The notes under the pieces are model-generated. The model did not search any database, was not told where the DNA came from, and worked only from the letters and a program-made list of their open reading frames with translations. From Camelus ferus (taxonomy: Eukaryota), in NCBI RefSeq assembly GCF_009834535.1, contig NC_045697.1:23872001-23936000 (forward strand): 64,000 bases of DNA, read 5' to 3'. Positions 12,393 to 25,827 of this stretch are shown one piece after another. Positions within the stretch are counted from its first letter, which is position 1. Each line of letters begins with the position of its first letter. Position numbers and translations under genes: made by a program.

Positions 12393-15300
12393 GGAGGAGG
12401 GATTGGTTAAGACTCATAGATAATACTATTTTTGTGAATTCTTTATTTGGAGAAAATTGAAAGTTAAAGAAAAGCTATACTGCATCCTTTTACTAGATTC
12501 AACATATTATTAATATTCACCATGTTTGCTTTTCTCTCTCCCTCACCCCTCCTTTCCATATCACCAATAAACAAGGACACCCTTCTACCAAACCACAATA
12601 TGATAATTTCCCCAGTGAACTTAACACTGATGATATAGTGTTATCTTTCTAGATCCGTATTCAGATTTACCCCACTTGTTCCTATAATCCTTGATCCAAT
12701 CAGGTATCATAGATGTTTTAAGTTCTCAAGCTACATTTATTTTAAGTATTATTACTTAGTATAATAATTTTACTTGATTTTTTTTTGAAACGTAACACTC
12801 AGCTTACTTTTACTTTCAAAAAACATGGCTTACTTAAAACTTTTGAACTATTTTAGGTTTTCTGGTATACAAATTATCAAATGAATGAGTGGCCTGAGGG
12901 CAAAATTTACATATGTCTTTATTTATCCTGCATGAGTAGGAGTATTTTAAATCTAGGCTCTTAAAAAGCCATTACCAATGGTATAGCATGTCAATATTAA
13001 AATGTGATTTCAAAAAACAGGACTCTCAATGCTGAACATTTACATAGTTCTGAAGAACAGATTAGAAAATTTTTCAGTCTTTAATTTTCTCCTTGAATTA
13101 CCTTCTTCATGAATTTATGTTTACCCACAGAGCCCTAAAGAAAATGAAAAAAAAAAAAAACCCTGCCAGAAAAACATATAATATTAAAAAGTATTACTTT
13201 TTAATGTTTTATTTTCAATACCATGGAGCTTTCTGAGAGAAATCAGTGTTAGAGAAGAGATATAACAGGGACTGCAAAGAACTTATGCTTTCTAAACTCA
13301 GCACCATCTTTTTAAAAGCTACGAGAATAAACATTGTTGCACTGAAGAAGAGTCTGTAAGAAGTGTGAATAGATGTTTCAGTCTAGGCCCATTTCGCTTT
13401 CACTGTGAACAGTTGGGTATTATTGAACAGGCTTTGCCCTTTACTAGTAAATTCTGCAGCTAATCTTATTAGAACCAGTGGAAGCAGAAGTTATATAGAA
13501 ATCAGAAGTCTCCTCTGCAGTAGAAGGTTCAAAGAGGTTCTCTGTCTCTCTCTCTCTTTTTTTTTTTTATTAAATGCTTTTTCTGTGTTTGTTTATGGAA
13601 GTTATCTTATTGAATTAATTAAATTTTGAACATTTTCCAGTATAATCAGGTGGGTTCCACACTGCAGTCCCTCCTTATGAACACATTCAAACACAGACCA
13701 ATTTGTCTGGATCATTCTTTTAGAAGGCACTTTGGAGATTCTTTGAAGAATATAGACTATTTCTTTAAAATGATTTCTCTTTACCTGTTAAATAAGTCTG
13801 ATAGAGGAGGAATGACTATGTAGATTCTCAATAAGCTTTAAAGTCCCCTAAAGTATAATATCTAAAGGATGTGACCATTGTGGTTTTGTCACCAAGTAAT
13901 TTATGCCAAGTTACTAATGGTTGGAAGATAACAGATTGCAGACTGTTGTTTTGTTTGGGAGCAAATTATGTGCAGAAACTGAGATTGCCTTTGCCAATAG
14001 TTTATTTAGCACAAATAGGTTCACTGTGAGATTTATCATAATTTCACGAGCCAGTAGTATATAGGGTAATGTCTCTTAAGCCAATAAAAATTAACATACT
14101 CATAACAATAGATTAATCATACTGTTGTTTCAGGCAATGGGAGATGACAGAAATAAAGTTCAAATTTAGTTTGAGCTGTACCTTTTCTACAAGTTTTGGT
14201 TTCTTGGGAGAAATGGCTTTGCCAACTGGGTGAAGCCTTTCAGTTGCCAGTGTAGAAGTAAAAGTTCCTTGTTGCTCCATGGTGCTGGAGAATGATGGTG
14301 CCAGTGTTGGTGACCAGGCTGGGATTCTCCAAGGGTCTTCAGGGATCTGTACATGGTTTGTGCCACTGTCTACGAGGAATACCTTGCTCAGGCAGGAATA
14401 GTTAGATGTCCCTTCTCTTCCTGAGGCTGGTGCACAGTTTAACACCACTGCCAACCAAGAGTAGCCTGGTCATGGCAGGAGCACGTACCTTGAAATCTCT
14501 GGAGTTCCCCTGACTGAAACTCTCAGATACTCTTCACAAACTCTCAGTATTATCAGCATCTAAATATCCCCTTGCCATAGTTGCTTCTCCACATATTCTT
14601 ACTGATAAGGTTCCGGGGTTCCCTTAGCAGCTGAACTACAAGTCCTTATTAAGGACAACAAATAAGATGATGACATCCTGACACAACTTGCTTCATTTTA
14701 TGTCAAAACAACTGTGCCTCTAAAAATAACATTTTGTCTTTATCATAAACAAGTGGAATATAATAACTCTACTTGTTATTAACAAGTGGATTTGAAATAG
14801 TGTCAAACCAAAACAACAACTGTATTCTGTTTATGACTCTGACACTGGTCATTCTTGTAACTTGGACCCACCCATTAATCATTGACATTTTACAAGCCTT
14901 GGTTATATGCTAAGGATAGACTAGGATGATTTGGTAAAATGTAAAGGATTATATTATATCGGATTATATCAAATTCTTCTTTTGCTTATGACCTTTCAAA
15001 GTTTCTCCTTTGCATTCAGAATAGAATAAAATGATCATAAAACAGCTCCCAGGGCCCTTTGTGATATGACCCCATTTACATATCAAAACTTGTCTGCATC
15101 TACTACACCCCTTTAGCTACTGTCACTTCTGTGTTTCAACTTCTGCACTTCTCCAAAGCTTTTCCTTAAATGCTGCATTCTCACTGAGGGCTAGCTATGC
15201 AAACATCCTTCTTTAAACTTATAGTTGTTGCCATCTGCTCTGTTTTTCCCCAGAGCATGCATTGTATCTGTGATACATAAATAAGAGTAGATTAAGACAA

Positions 15301-16734
15301 AGATGGTGACTGAAGTAGTTAATTAACTTGATGGTCATTTCTACTATCTTATTTTTGAATACATCACACATAGTGGGAAAAGTTGGAAAATTGCTGGTTT
15401 GATCATCATCAAAAGGATAACAATTTGAGAAAGAAATACTGATAAAGAGATAGATTGGCAAGTTGAATATGGTGTAGAAAAATTATATAATTACCAATAA
15501 ATTCAATTCAATTACTGTTTAACATTGGAATGGTAATTGGATTTATGTATTGTTCTTGCATAATGCAGATGCATATCACTAAAAAGGTACTTAGAGTAAC
15601 TTGGAGGAAAACCCTTCTCAATAAATTGTACATGATGTCTCGAAACAGAAAGTCTCACTCAGCATTTGGATAAACTGCTCACCCTAACTTAAAATAGTTA
15701 TTCATATCTGAAGGTTCTAATAATTCCCTTGGTAAACTAGATAATAAGTGTGCCTACAGATAAATTATTTAAATGACAGCTATGAAAATAAAATTGGGCT
15801 ATTAGGAAACATATTTTGTTGATATTGTAGATTGGTCCTTAGGGGTGGTTAAGAAAAAAGGATGAATATAATAGTAGGCATTATCATTAAAATAACTAAA
15901 GTTAAAATTAAAGGTATAGTTTTACCTAATTTAGAAATACAGCTTATTTGTCCCTAAAATGTGCTATACAGTGTAGTAGAAACTAAAATATGCCTAAAAT
16001 TATTTAAATTTTGGGAGGTAAAATCTACTTTCTGCTAATACTTTGCAAGGAGGAAGATTAACTATGATGAATTTATAATACCATGAGAATTACTGTTCTA
16101 AGGGAAGAGGTACAGAATTAAAAAGTTAAACTACACTTAGTGGCAAAATCCAGAAATTCTGGAAAAATTGAGCAGTCTATATATATCATTAAGGATGAGT
16201 AAAAAATGCTTATTCATTAATTTCTGAATTTCTGCAACATTTGAATAGAAGGTCCATTAATACTGATTAGAAGGACCATTTTGGGGACTCTGTGTGTCTG
16301 TGCTTGTGTGAATGGGAATTTTGGAGGGAGAGAATTCAACAGTGAGGTAGGACTATTGTAAAAGGTCTACCATTTATATTGCAAGCATACCTCAAGTTGA
16401 ACCTACAAATGGAGTCTAACAGTATCATAAATATCTCAAGAAGTATTATAATTTGCTAAATGACTAAAGAAGAAAGGATCTCCCAGAATATTTTCAAAAT
16501 TCAGGTTTCTACTTTGAGTGCTCCCCAGTTTATTAAGTATGAAAACTGTCATGGTTCTTCCCTATTTTGTGAACTTAAAATCAATATATATTCTGAATTA
16601 TTTAGTTTTAAGTAACAACTTTGGTGTTTTTATTATACTTACAATAATATATTCATGTACACACATTTTCTGTGAAGTATTTCTTCTTTGAGTGCCTTGG
16701 GTGCTTATATTTACCATTTTTTTTTTTATCACAG

Positions 16735-16855
16735 CCTTCTTGTTAAAACTTCATATCACCTACCAAAAAGTCCTGACCTCAAGCATTGAATCGCAAAGAC
16801 CACACTCCATCTGGTTCATAACAAGAATTCAGTTAAGGTTTAGTTAAAGCAGACG
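16735..16855 (+). other. Candidate 121-nt non-coding exon
   Basis: Acceptor ttttttttttatcacag| and consensus donor ACG|gtaagt. All three frames contain stops and there is no ATG. Confidence 0.25.
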
Positions 16856-18551
16856 GTAAGTACAAGAAACTATCTACATTTCTCTATATGGAGACAACAT
16901 ATTCATATTTTGCCTTAACAGGCTTCTTTGACTTCCTCAAATTGACCTTCTCAACCTCAGTCAAACCACTCTCTTCCTCGTAAGTCCTCTGAGCACATCT
17001 TTGCCTTGGTGTTCAGGTTCGATTGCCCTAAAAAGAGAAGAATATTTACCCTACATTAAATCCTTGTTTCCATCTTCATTTCCTTCCTCAAAATGGAATT
17101 CTTTGAAATGATTTATAGTAGGAATACCAGTTGCTTCATGAAAAATTGAATCTCCTAATGAAAATTTTAGAATTTTCTTATGGCTCAAAATAGGTCAATT
17201 ATATCACATGTAGTTTAACAATAATCTAATCTCTCCAGTTTGAGCTGAGACGCTCCCAATTTGAGATTATTATTAGTACCTGAAGTTTCATCCTACAATC
17301 TTCTATTTCAATTCACTTCACTTGAGCAGCTATTCAAATAAAAAATATGTACATCCTCAAGTATACACAATTATTTTAGAGCCATAGGAAAAACTAAATG
17401 CATGGAGGTAAGAGAAATCTTCCCTTTTTACTGCATTGTTACACAAAGACTCAGAGATGTCGCTACTACTCAAGTAAAAAGAATTAATAATGTGATCGAA
17501 CTGTGATTTAACTTCATCTAAGTCTCTATTGATTACTTACCATTTCAAATAAGAAAAAAAATGTTTATTTTTGTGGGAATAATGACCTTATTTGCAATTT
17601 CTATAAAAGAAAAAAAAAGGAAAAAAATAATCTGTCCCCAAAACACACTCTTGTAGGATTAGAGGGAAAAAAGAGGCGTTAGCTGTGATTTTTGTTAAAA
17701 TTTCAGAAATCTTAAGGCACACTTGTAGATTCTTATGTTCATGATGTTATTACTGAGATTTCTAAAATATATCTTCTCCAAATATTCTTTATTTTTTATA
17801 GGCCTTATTGTTTATTTGGCTCATAATTTATAATTATATCAAGATAATCTCTAGTTTCATATATATGTGTATGTTTATTAACGAAGAAAAATTTCTAAGA
17901 ATTCAAATTTGAATTTCCATTAATAAAAGAGAAGATTAACATTATATTGTATACTCTACTTTTTTCTGTAATATATGAATTTGTTTCTGTAAGCATAAGT
18001 ATATAATCACATTAGACAGCTTATAATTTTGTATTTATTACTTAACAAATGATGAAAAATTTGAGTAATAGATCATAAACAATTTATTATGTATATTAGG
18101 TGCAATTTTGAATATTGTACAGAATTTTATAATTTTGATTTTGTTCATTATTAGTTGCTGTTATGAATTACTATAGTACATAAGCCTTTTATAAATTCTC
18201 ATAATTTCCACAGATTAAGTTACTTAAAGAGAGTTGACTGGATTAAAAAGTACACAAAGAATTAAAGTTTCAGCTCCTTTAACACTCTGTACAGTTACAG
18301 CTTCATCAGCAGCACATGGCAGTGCCTATTTCCCCATAAGTACTTTACATGGAGAATTATATGGTTGTATTTGGTTATGTTAACATGATTAGAAAAAAAG
18401 ATAAGCTGTCACATTTCAGCTTAAGTGTGGAATCTTATGCTAGTTTTATGTGAAGTTAGGTCAATTCAGTGAAGAAACTGATTTGAGTAAAGCTGTGTTT
18501 CCACCCCTTTCTCAACCTTTTTTTCCTACCATCAGTCCTCTCCTGCCCCTA

Positions 18552-18582
18552 CACATGTGTGTATGCACACACACACACACAC
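18552..18582. repeat. Short (CA/TG)n dinucleotide repeat
   Basis: cacatgtgtgtatgcacacacacacacacac, read directly. Confidence 0.85.
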
Positions 18583-19993
18583 TCATATATGAAAGAAATA
18601 TGCTCCATTCTACTAGATAATTCACTTGAAAATGGTTGTACTGGAAATGGGTAAACCTACGTCTGACAAAATTGGAAAACTTCCTGATAATTTATCTAGG
18701 AAGAGTGAGTTATATATTCTTTTGTTTGTTTTCTATTTCTGTTTAAAACATGATTATTAAAGGTTTCTATTAAGCCTTTTCATACTTGTGCAGTGCTCTA
18801 TAATTCATCTTATTGTTTATTCTTTACCACATTTGAAGTCTAGCTTTTAACTCTAGCTTTATACTGAAGTTCCCTCGGTAACACCAAAAACAAAAAATGG
18901 CTACACTCAGATTCCTCAGAGATTTAAATATACGTATGTATACGTCGTATCATTAATTTTATGTTGTATGTAAGTTTTTAGATGATGGTTAAAATCCCCA
19001 CAGGTCCGAAAGATATCCTTCAATTAGCTTGTGAAAAGGTAACAAAACAATAGAACAAAAGCAACACTGAATATTAAAACTAGAAAAGAAACTTGAATAT
19101 CTGCCAGTATTGCCTTTTTTATTTTGAAAAGGAAGGAAAAAGGTACTAAGAAGTTAATTATACTGACCTATAAAACCAGGAGGAAACTAGCCCTTACATA
19201 TATTTCTTCTAACTTGAGTCTAAATACCCTTACTATATACTGCATACAATGTACTAGTTTATAGAAAAAAAATTGGCATGTATAGTATTAAAGTCTAAAC
19301 CCATATATATCTCTACATAGGAGCAATAAATTAATCTAGGTAGCATTTTAAAGATTGTGTTTAAAAAAACAAAAGTTAAATAATAATCTCAAAAAATCTT
19401 CTCATTTGAGTATTTTTAAAGACCTCCATTTGGCTTGAAAATATAACGATGTTCTCATGTTTTTAAAATCATATCACATATTTAAATTTTGCTGCCATAA
19501 AGATAGCGTTCCATTGCCTAGAGAATTATATTAATTACCAAGTTTCAATTGATCATATGCTAATACATTTTAATGCTATAAGGAAAGCCAGTTGATCCTG
19601 AATATTTTCAGCTGAGTTTTCTGTCTTAGCTTTCCTCCTCTAATGCCTAATAAGAGGGTATTTGTTATTAAGAAATAAGGAATCTGGGAAAGATATGTAA
19701 GAATGGAAGTGTCATGCTCAGAATCATCTTCTATCTTCTGCTTCTATCAGTTTTTGATTTTATTCTAAGTATCCTAGGGTAACTTTCTTTTCCTCCGTTC
19801 TCTGCTTAATAACAAATAGGCAAAAGCCAAATGGGAATGAGAAATATGAGTCCTGGGTATAAATGCTGCCTTAACCCAAAATCAAATAGATCTCTTTGGA
19901 AGTATCATTTACCAAATCAGGACTTGAATCTCATCTAGATGTAAGTTACAGTCATAGACAAGCTGATTATTATATAGGAAATAGGCTAATGGT

Positions 19994-20047
19994 TTTAAAT
20001 GATTAATATTTAATCCACTATTTAAGTGATTAATATTTAATCCACTA
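19994..20047. repeat. 27-bp tandem duplication (1 mismatch)
   Basis: tttaaatgattaatatttaatccacta followed by tttaagtgattaatatttaatccacta. Confidence 0.92.
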
Positions 20048-22217
20048 TTATCTTTTTGAGAACAAGTCCTTTGACCCAGTTGGCCAGAGGCAATCATCTT
20101 TCTGGAGAGTGTGGCAGACTAGGATTTATTACAGAATGAATTTTTTAAAAGTTACATTCAGTTTTTGATATATATAATTAATGCAACAAGACTATAGATG
20201 TGAGGAGAATCATATAATTTGGAAGATTTTTTTTTCCAAGTTAACTTAGCTCTCTTACCTCCTCCAAACTGGAAGACTCTTGCCCACAGAGATGATACCC
20301 TTTATATTCATGACATTGAGGCCTTGAGGCTGTGTTACTGTATAGAATGGAAAGTTTTAACAAGAGCAAAAAAAAATTTTTCTAAGCATTTATCTTTTCC
20401 TTCCCTTGAGAAATAGTGCAAAGAAAGAAAAATATAAACAATCAGAAATAATTATCCAATACCACATGGGGAATATAGCCAATACTTTGTATAACTGTAA
20501 ATGGAGTGTAACCTTTAAAATTGTATCAAAAAATAAATAATTATCCATTTTCTCTTTTAAGGCATTTGTTTGGTAAGAAGGATATGTATTATATATTGAC
20601 GGTAAGAGAATGAGCAGAAGGAAACGTAACATCTTCTTTAATGTTCAGGTGGTAAACAGTAAACTCTTGGGTCTTTTCTGAATGAAGCTGAAACGTAGCA
20701 AAAATGATTTGGTAAAATTCCTTGGACCCAAGGTTAATTTCCCCAAGTTACCTTCAGTTTTCACAAGGTATAGATGCTGAATTACTAGGCAGTTACCTTT
20801 CATAGGACCTTTTGTCAGGGAATATTACCTTACAAAGCAGGGAGAAGACTGCCCAGCAGGAATAGACGGAGCATTAGGAATATGCTCTCCAGCCTGAGTC
20901 AGGGGGGACTGAAATGGAACATCAGCCAGAGGAAGTCATTGGGCTCTGTCTGAGCCATGAGTCATGTCTGCTACAGAGCTCAGCCATGTCTATGGCAGTT
21001 AAGATGGCAAATGCATGAAAGGAATCAAGATTAGTTTAGTCATAGGTCACAGTATAAGTCTCCACTGCTGCTTTCTCCCAAAGAAGAAGATGAGAGGAGG
21101 CAAGCTGCCCATTTTAAATTCACACCAAATTTAGCAAGAAATATGGCATTGTTTATCTGAACCTAGGTTACAGCCCTTTCCACCGTGCTTCAGTTAATTA
21201 TAAGAACCTAGATTATCTCAAAATGTTTGTTTTACTTCAAATGTCTAATAAATATTTTATGTAAATTTGTTAGGGTTAAAATGAAGTATTAGATATAACT
21301 CTTGTTCTTATCAGTTTACAGGTTATTTAGGAAAAAGCTAAAGGCAAAAGTAAAATGCAAAGTAAAATATCCATAAGCATCATAATCAATGAAACTTGAG
21401 ATAGTAAAGTGTAATTGTTTAACATGAAACACAAAAATGGGTTTTAATATTTTAATATAGAAATACTTTATTAACATTTGAAATTACTATATAAGGCATT
21501 TTGGGGAGAATAGTCTTAAGATACATCTTGATATATTTGTTCATTTATGTAACCAAATACTATATAATAGAAAAATCTGTTTTGCCATGAGGGTACAGAA
21601 GTAAATAAAACAAAAGTCTGATCCTCAAGAAGCTTACAGTATAAATTTAAGAAATAATAAATAAGACAAATACAAAATAGAAGGATTAGTTTGTTTGAGG
21701 AGACTTCATTACAGAAAAATGTCTTAAGCTAAATAGTAATAGATAAGTCTGGAAGTTTGGGAGACTAATAATGAATACTAGGACAAAAGAGAGTTTTTGA
21801 GTGGCAACATTGTGAGAAATTAAACTGCAAATATTGATGATGGCCACATTTTGCAATGTGTTGATTATCATGCTCTGTAGCTTGGATTTTGTATGATAGG
21901 TAGACTGGAACTGCTGAAAATTTCCAATCATGGGAGTGTCGTTTAAAGTTTTTCTTTAGGAAGTAAAATCCATCAAGGCCAACAGAGTGGAAATAGAAGC
22001 CTGTGTAAATGACTGGAGTCCTGTGACTCAGTTGAAGTTGCATAGCAGTACACATGTTAGATAAAGATCTTTGGGTGCTTGGCATTATCAGGAGGCCCCT
22101 TAAAAAGTTGCTATAGAAGAGGAACTTGCTCTGTTTGACCCCAGTTCTTGCAGAGGTGCTTGCAGTTTGGGCAGATGAGTAAAAATAAGGTAGATAAGGA
22201 ACCTCACTGGTCCCCTA

Positions 22218-22350
22218 TTTATTCATTCATTTCATTCACTTATTCATTTATAAATTTACTCACACAGTCCTTTTTGAGTACCTTTAATGCACCAGGGATA
22301 TAGTCCATGGTAAGTATACATGACTAAAAAAACATGATGCCTTGTACTAG
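22218..22350 (-). mobile_element. L2 3' end remnant
   Basis: (ATTC)n-like tail followed by ttgagtacct...tgcaccagg, the reverse-complement signature of L2. Confidence 0.55.
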
Positions 22351-23210
22351 AGGCATAGAATGGACACAGTTTTTGTTGTTGTTGTTGTTTTTAAGTGGGA
22401 TAAAGAAAAAGGAGAAGGATGTGTGGAAGCAAAGGAGGCAGAGAAAAGACGTGATTCACTGTGCCTCTGGAAGGGAAAGGAGAACAAGAATCTTCTCTCC
22501 TAGGAATTCAGATTAAACTGAGTCTTTAAAAACTATTTTTTCAAAAAGTAGTAAAAGTGAGGGGATAAAAAGAACCCCTGGGGGAAAGAGATCAGGTAGG
22601 TAGGGAACCAAGGGGTTAGGAGAGGGCCTAACAGGTGAAAGGAACCATGAAGACAGAGCTTTGTAGGTTTATATCCCAGGTGTGAGAAGGTAACAGGTTT
22701 GTCTAAGATAGTTGTTGAGGGAATGGAAAAGATAGCCTTTCCAAGAAAGCACTGATAACACGTGATGACTGACTCCTACCTAAACACATTGAAGTAAAAT
22801 TTATGGCATACCTATCTAAGTGAAGGCCTTCAGCCTACACTTGAAGTACAAAGACTGAATCATGGAAGAGGGATCAGGCATAGAGATTTAAATGTAAAAG
22901 TCAATCATGCATGGAAAGAACAAAAGAAAGAACATTTTTCTTTATGTTTAGAATTAAGTATTTTTAAACTCTTTCGTTCCTTCTACAGTCAAAAGAACGG
23001 AATTAAAATTATGTGAAACTCCTAATTAGACTTGACAATGAAATAAATGAGCTGTATCTCATTTGATATTGTTATATTTTCTTTTACTTTTTTTAATCAG
23101 AAAAAAATATGATTATTACTATTTTTTTCTAATTCTACCACCAGGTCTGTTTAAATTATGCTGTTCTCTTTTAGATTATAAATTTATCCCTTTGAAAATC
23201 AGTACTTCAG

Positions 23211-24656
23211 CCCAGAGCTTTCACAGGATGGTAAAGTAGGAAGACTCTAAACTAACCTCCTCTCATGGGCACACCAAAATTACCACTTACAGAGCAACTG
23301 TCTATGAGAGTGATCTGAACACTAGCAGAAATGACTTTCCACAACTAAATATTTAAATAAGGAACCAGAACAAGACAAACAGGAGGGGCAGAGATGTGGT
23401 ATAGTCAGGACCCATACCTCAAGGTTGGTGACCCATAAACAGTAGGAATATTACAAGTACAAAGATACTTTCAAAGGAATGAGGGATCCAAGCCCTATAT
23501 CAAGCTCTCTGAATCAGGAGACTTGTACTGAGAAAACAAGTCCCCAGAATGTCTGGCTTTGAAAAATCCCTGGGGCTTATGTTCAGAACAGCTGGAGGGT
23601 TATAGGAAACAGAATGCTCTCAAGGATATGCACACAACCTCACATGAGCTGAATCCCATTGCATACGCATTAGTTTGAAAGAAGCCTGAGGCAGACCAAC
23701 TTGCTGATCTTGGAGAGCCTTCTACAAAGATAGAACTTCCACTAGGGATAGAGATGTTGGTAGCAACCATTTTGGGGAGCTCATTCAACTCCAGTGACAA
23801 CTGTAATGCCATTTTGGAATCCTTCCTGTAGCCTATTAGTCCATAGACATGGCCCTATCCACCAGTGGACCCACAGTAACCACACAAATATCTTTGTTGA
23901 CAAGGATGTGGAGAAAAGGGGACACTTGTGCATTATTGGTGAGATTGTAAATTGGTGCAGACACTATGGAAAATAAAATGGAGTCTTCTAAAAAATTAAA
24001 AAATAGAACCTACCATATGATCCAGCAATTTCACTCCTGGGTTTTTAACCTGAAGAAAACAAAGACACTAATTTGAAAAGTATATGCACCCTGATATTCA
24101 TTGCAGTATGATTTACAATAGTCAAGATATGGAAGCAACCTAAGTGTTCATCAATAGATGAATGGATAAAGAAAATGAGTCATATACACATGATATTACT
24201 CAGCCATAAAAAGATCATATCTTTCCATTTGCAACAATATGGATAACTCTAAAGGGTGTCATGGTTAGTGAAATAAGTCAGAAATAGAAAGACAAATGCT
24301 GTATGATCTCACTCTTATGTGGAATTTAAAAAAACAAAACAAAGCAAAATGAAAATAGACTCATAGATACAGAGGAAAAATGAGCAGTTGCCAAGATGGG
24401 AGGAGTGTGAAGGATTGGGCATACTAGGTCAAGGGGATTAAGAAATACAGACTTCCATTTATAAAATAAATAAGGATGTAAATGTACAGCATAATGAATA
24501 TGGTCAGTAATATTATAATAACTTTGTACAAGGACAGATGGTTACTAGACTTATCATGGTGGTCATTTTGTAACATATGCAAATGCCAAATCACTATGCA
24601 GTACACCTGAAACTAACATAATATTGTACGTCAACTATATTTCAATAAAAATAAAA
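23211..24656 (+). mobile_element. Internally deleted L1 (L1MA-type): 5' UTR joined to the ORF2 C-terminus and 3' UTR
   Basis: 5' start resembles an L1 5' end (caggatggtaaagtaggaagac...acctcctctcatgggcacaccaaaattac). From ~23890 it is the ORF2 3' end (gatgtggagaaaagggg...taccatatgatccagcaat...ggaagcaacctaagtgttcatcaatagatgaatggataaag), then a 3' UTR ending tacacctgaaactaacataatattgta...aataaaa. Flanked by a 14/15 direct repeat at 23196-23210 and 24775-24789. Confidence 0.85.
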
Positions 24657-25827
24657 TAGTTGATTTCATATTTGATCACAAAGAAAATTTTGATGCATCT
24701 TGTTGCTTCAGTTTTTGTAATAATCATGTATTACTTTTATAATGCAAAAAACACTAAAATAAAGGAAAAACTTTAAATTAGTACTTCAGAATATCCTGTA
24801 ATATGAAGTAGCCAAGATGAGATTTTTTCCTAGATATTTTTGACTTAAATTTATATTTTACAATTCAATATTTTCCTTGGCAGTAATCCTTTTAACATTG
24901 AATGAAATTATGCTTTCTTAACATAAGAAATAGAAGACTAAAGGAGGTCTCTTAAAGATGTTTATACTGGAAGAAAACTTGAATAGCTTTTAAAGTCTTC
25001 ATATTATGATCATAAGATTGTCCAGAGTGCATTCTATGGGTTAGAACTGTTCAAAGGTGGAATTGGGATTCTTCAGAAGGCAGTGAGTTACACTGCAGGG
25101 AGAAACAAGATGAATTTAAAACATATGGTTACATTTAATAGAGGAGAGCTCTAAGTGAAATTATTTGCTCAGCATAGGTAAAGTGTCTTGGACTTAGGTC
25201 TTTTAACTACCTGAACTCTTGTCTTTTATCTCTTAAATCTTTTATATTCATCAAAGTTGTCATGCCATTTTTCATTAGACAATGCTTAGCAAGCAAAGGT
25301 GAATATCCACCCTCAAATAAACAAAATAGTCATCTTTCTTATCAAGGGGTTCTGCGAAGTTTGAAATAAGGCATAATTGTTGACTGAACATCCCATTTGT
25401 CTTTATGCTAGAACCTGTTTTGTGTCTAGGAGTCAAAGTGCATTAATTAAAACAATCAATCCAAATCTAGATTTTACTCTTGTACCAGGATACTGAGTGA
25501 CTACAGTTATTCTTTCAGAACTTGGTACCTTGAAGCAGAAGTTTTTGAAACTGACCTGTTCAGAGATGTCCTTGGGCTGACTTATACCTCCTGAGGTTAA
25601 TGTAATGGGAATGGATCTGCCTCAGGACAGCTAAAAGTGCCACCTCCAGCTGTTTTTTTATTGGTCAACTGCTAGCTTGAGAGCAGAATAAATTGTTCAG
25701 CAGATGCTTAGAATCTTTTACCTGCTCTAGTGTAATGAGCAATGCAGGACTGAAACATGCTAGGTCAGTTGATAACTATAGGAGTGGTCTTGAAATATAA
25801 TTTTCAAAAAATTTTAACCTTTTTTAT

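Noticed and set aside
17541..17600. Minus-strand 60-nt segment with a strong acceptor and ATG|gtaagt donor
   Set aside because: It has stops in all frames and an intron-like, very AT-rich body, and the acceptor derives from an A-rich simple tract. It is most likely a pseudo-exon and shows how easily such signals arise by chance here.
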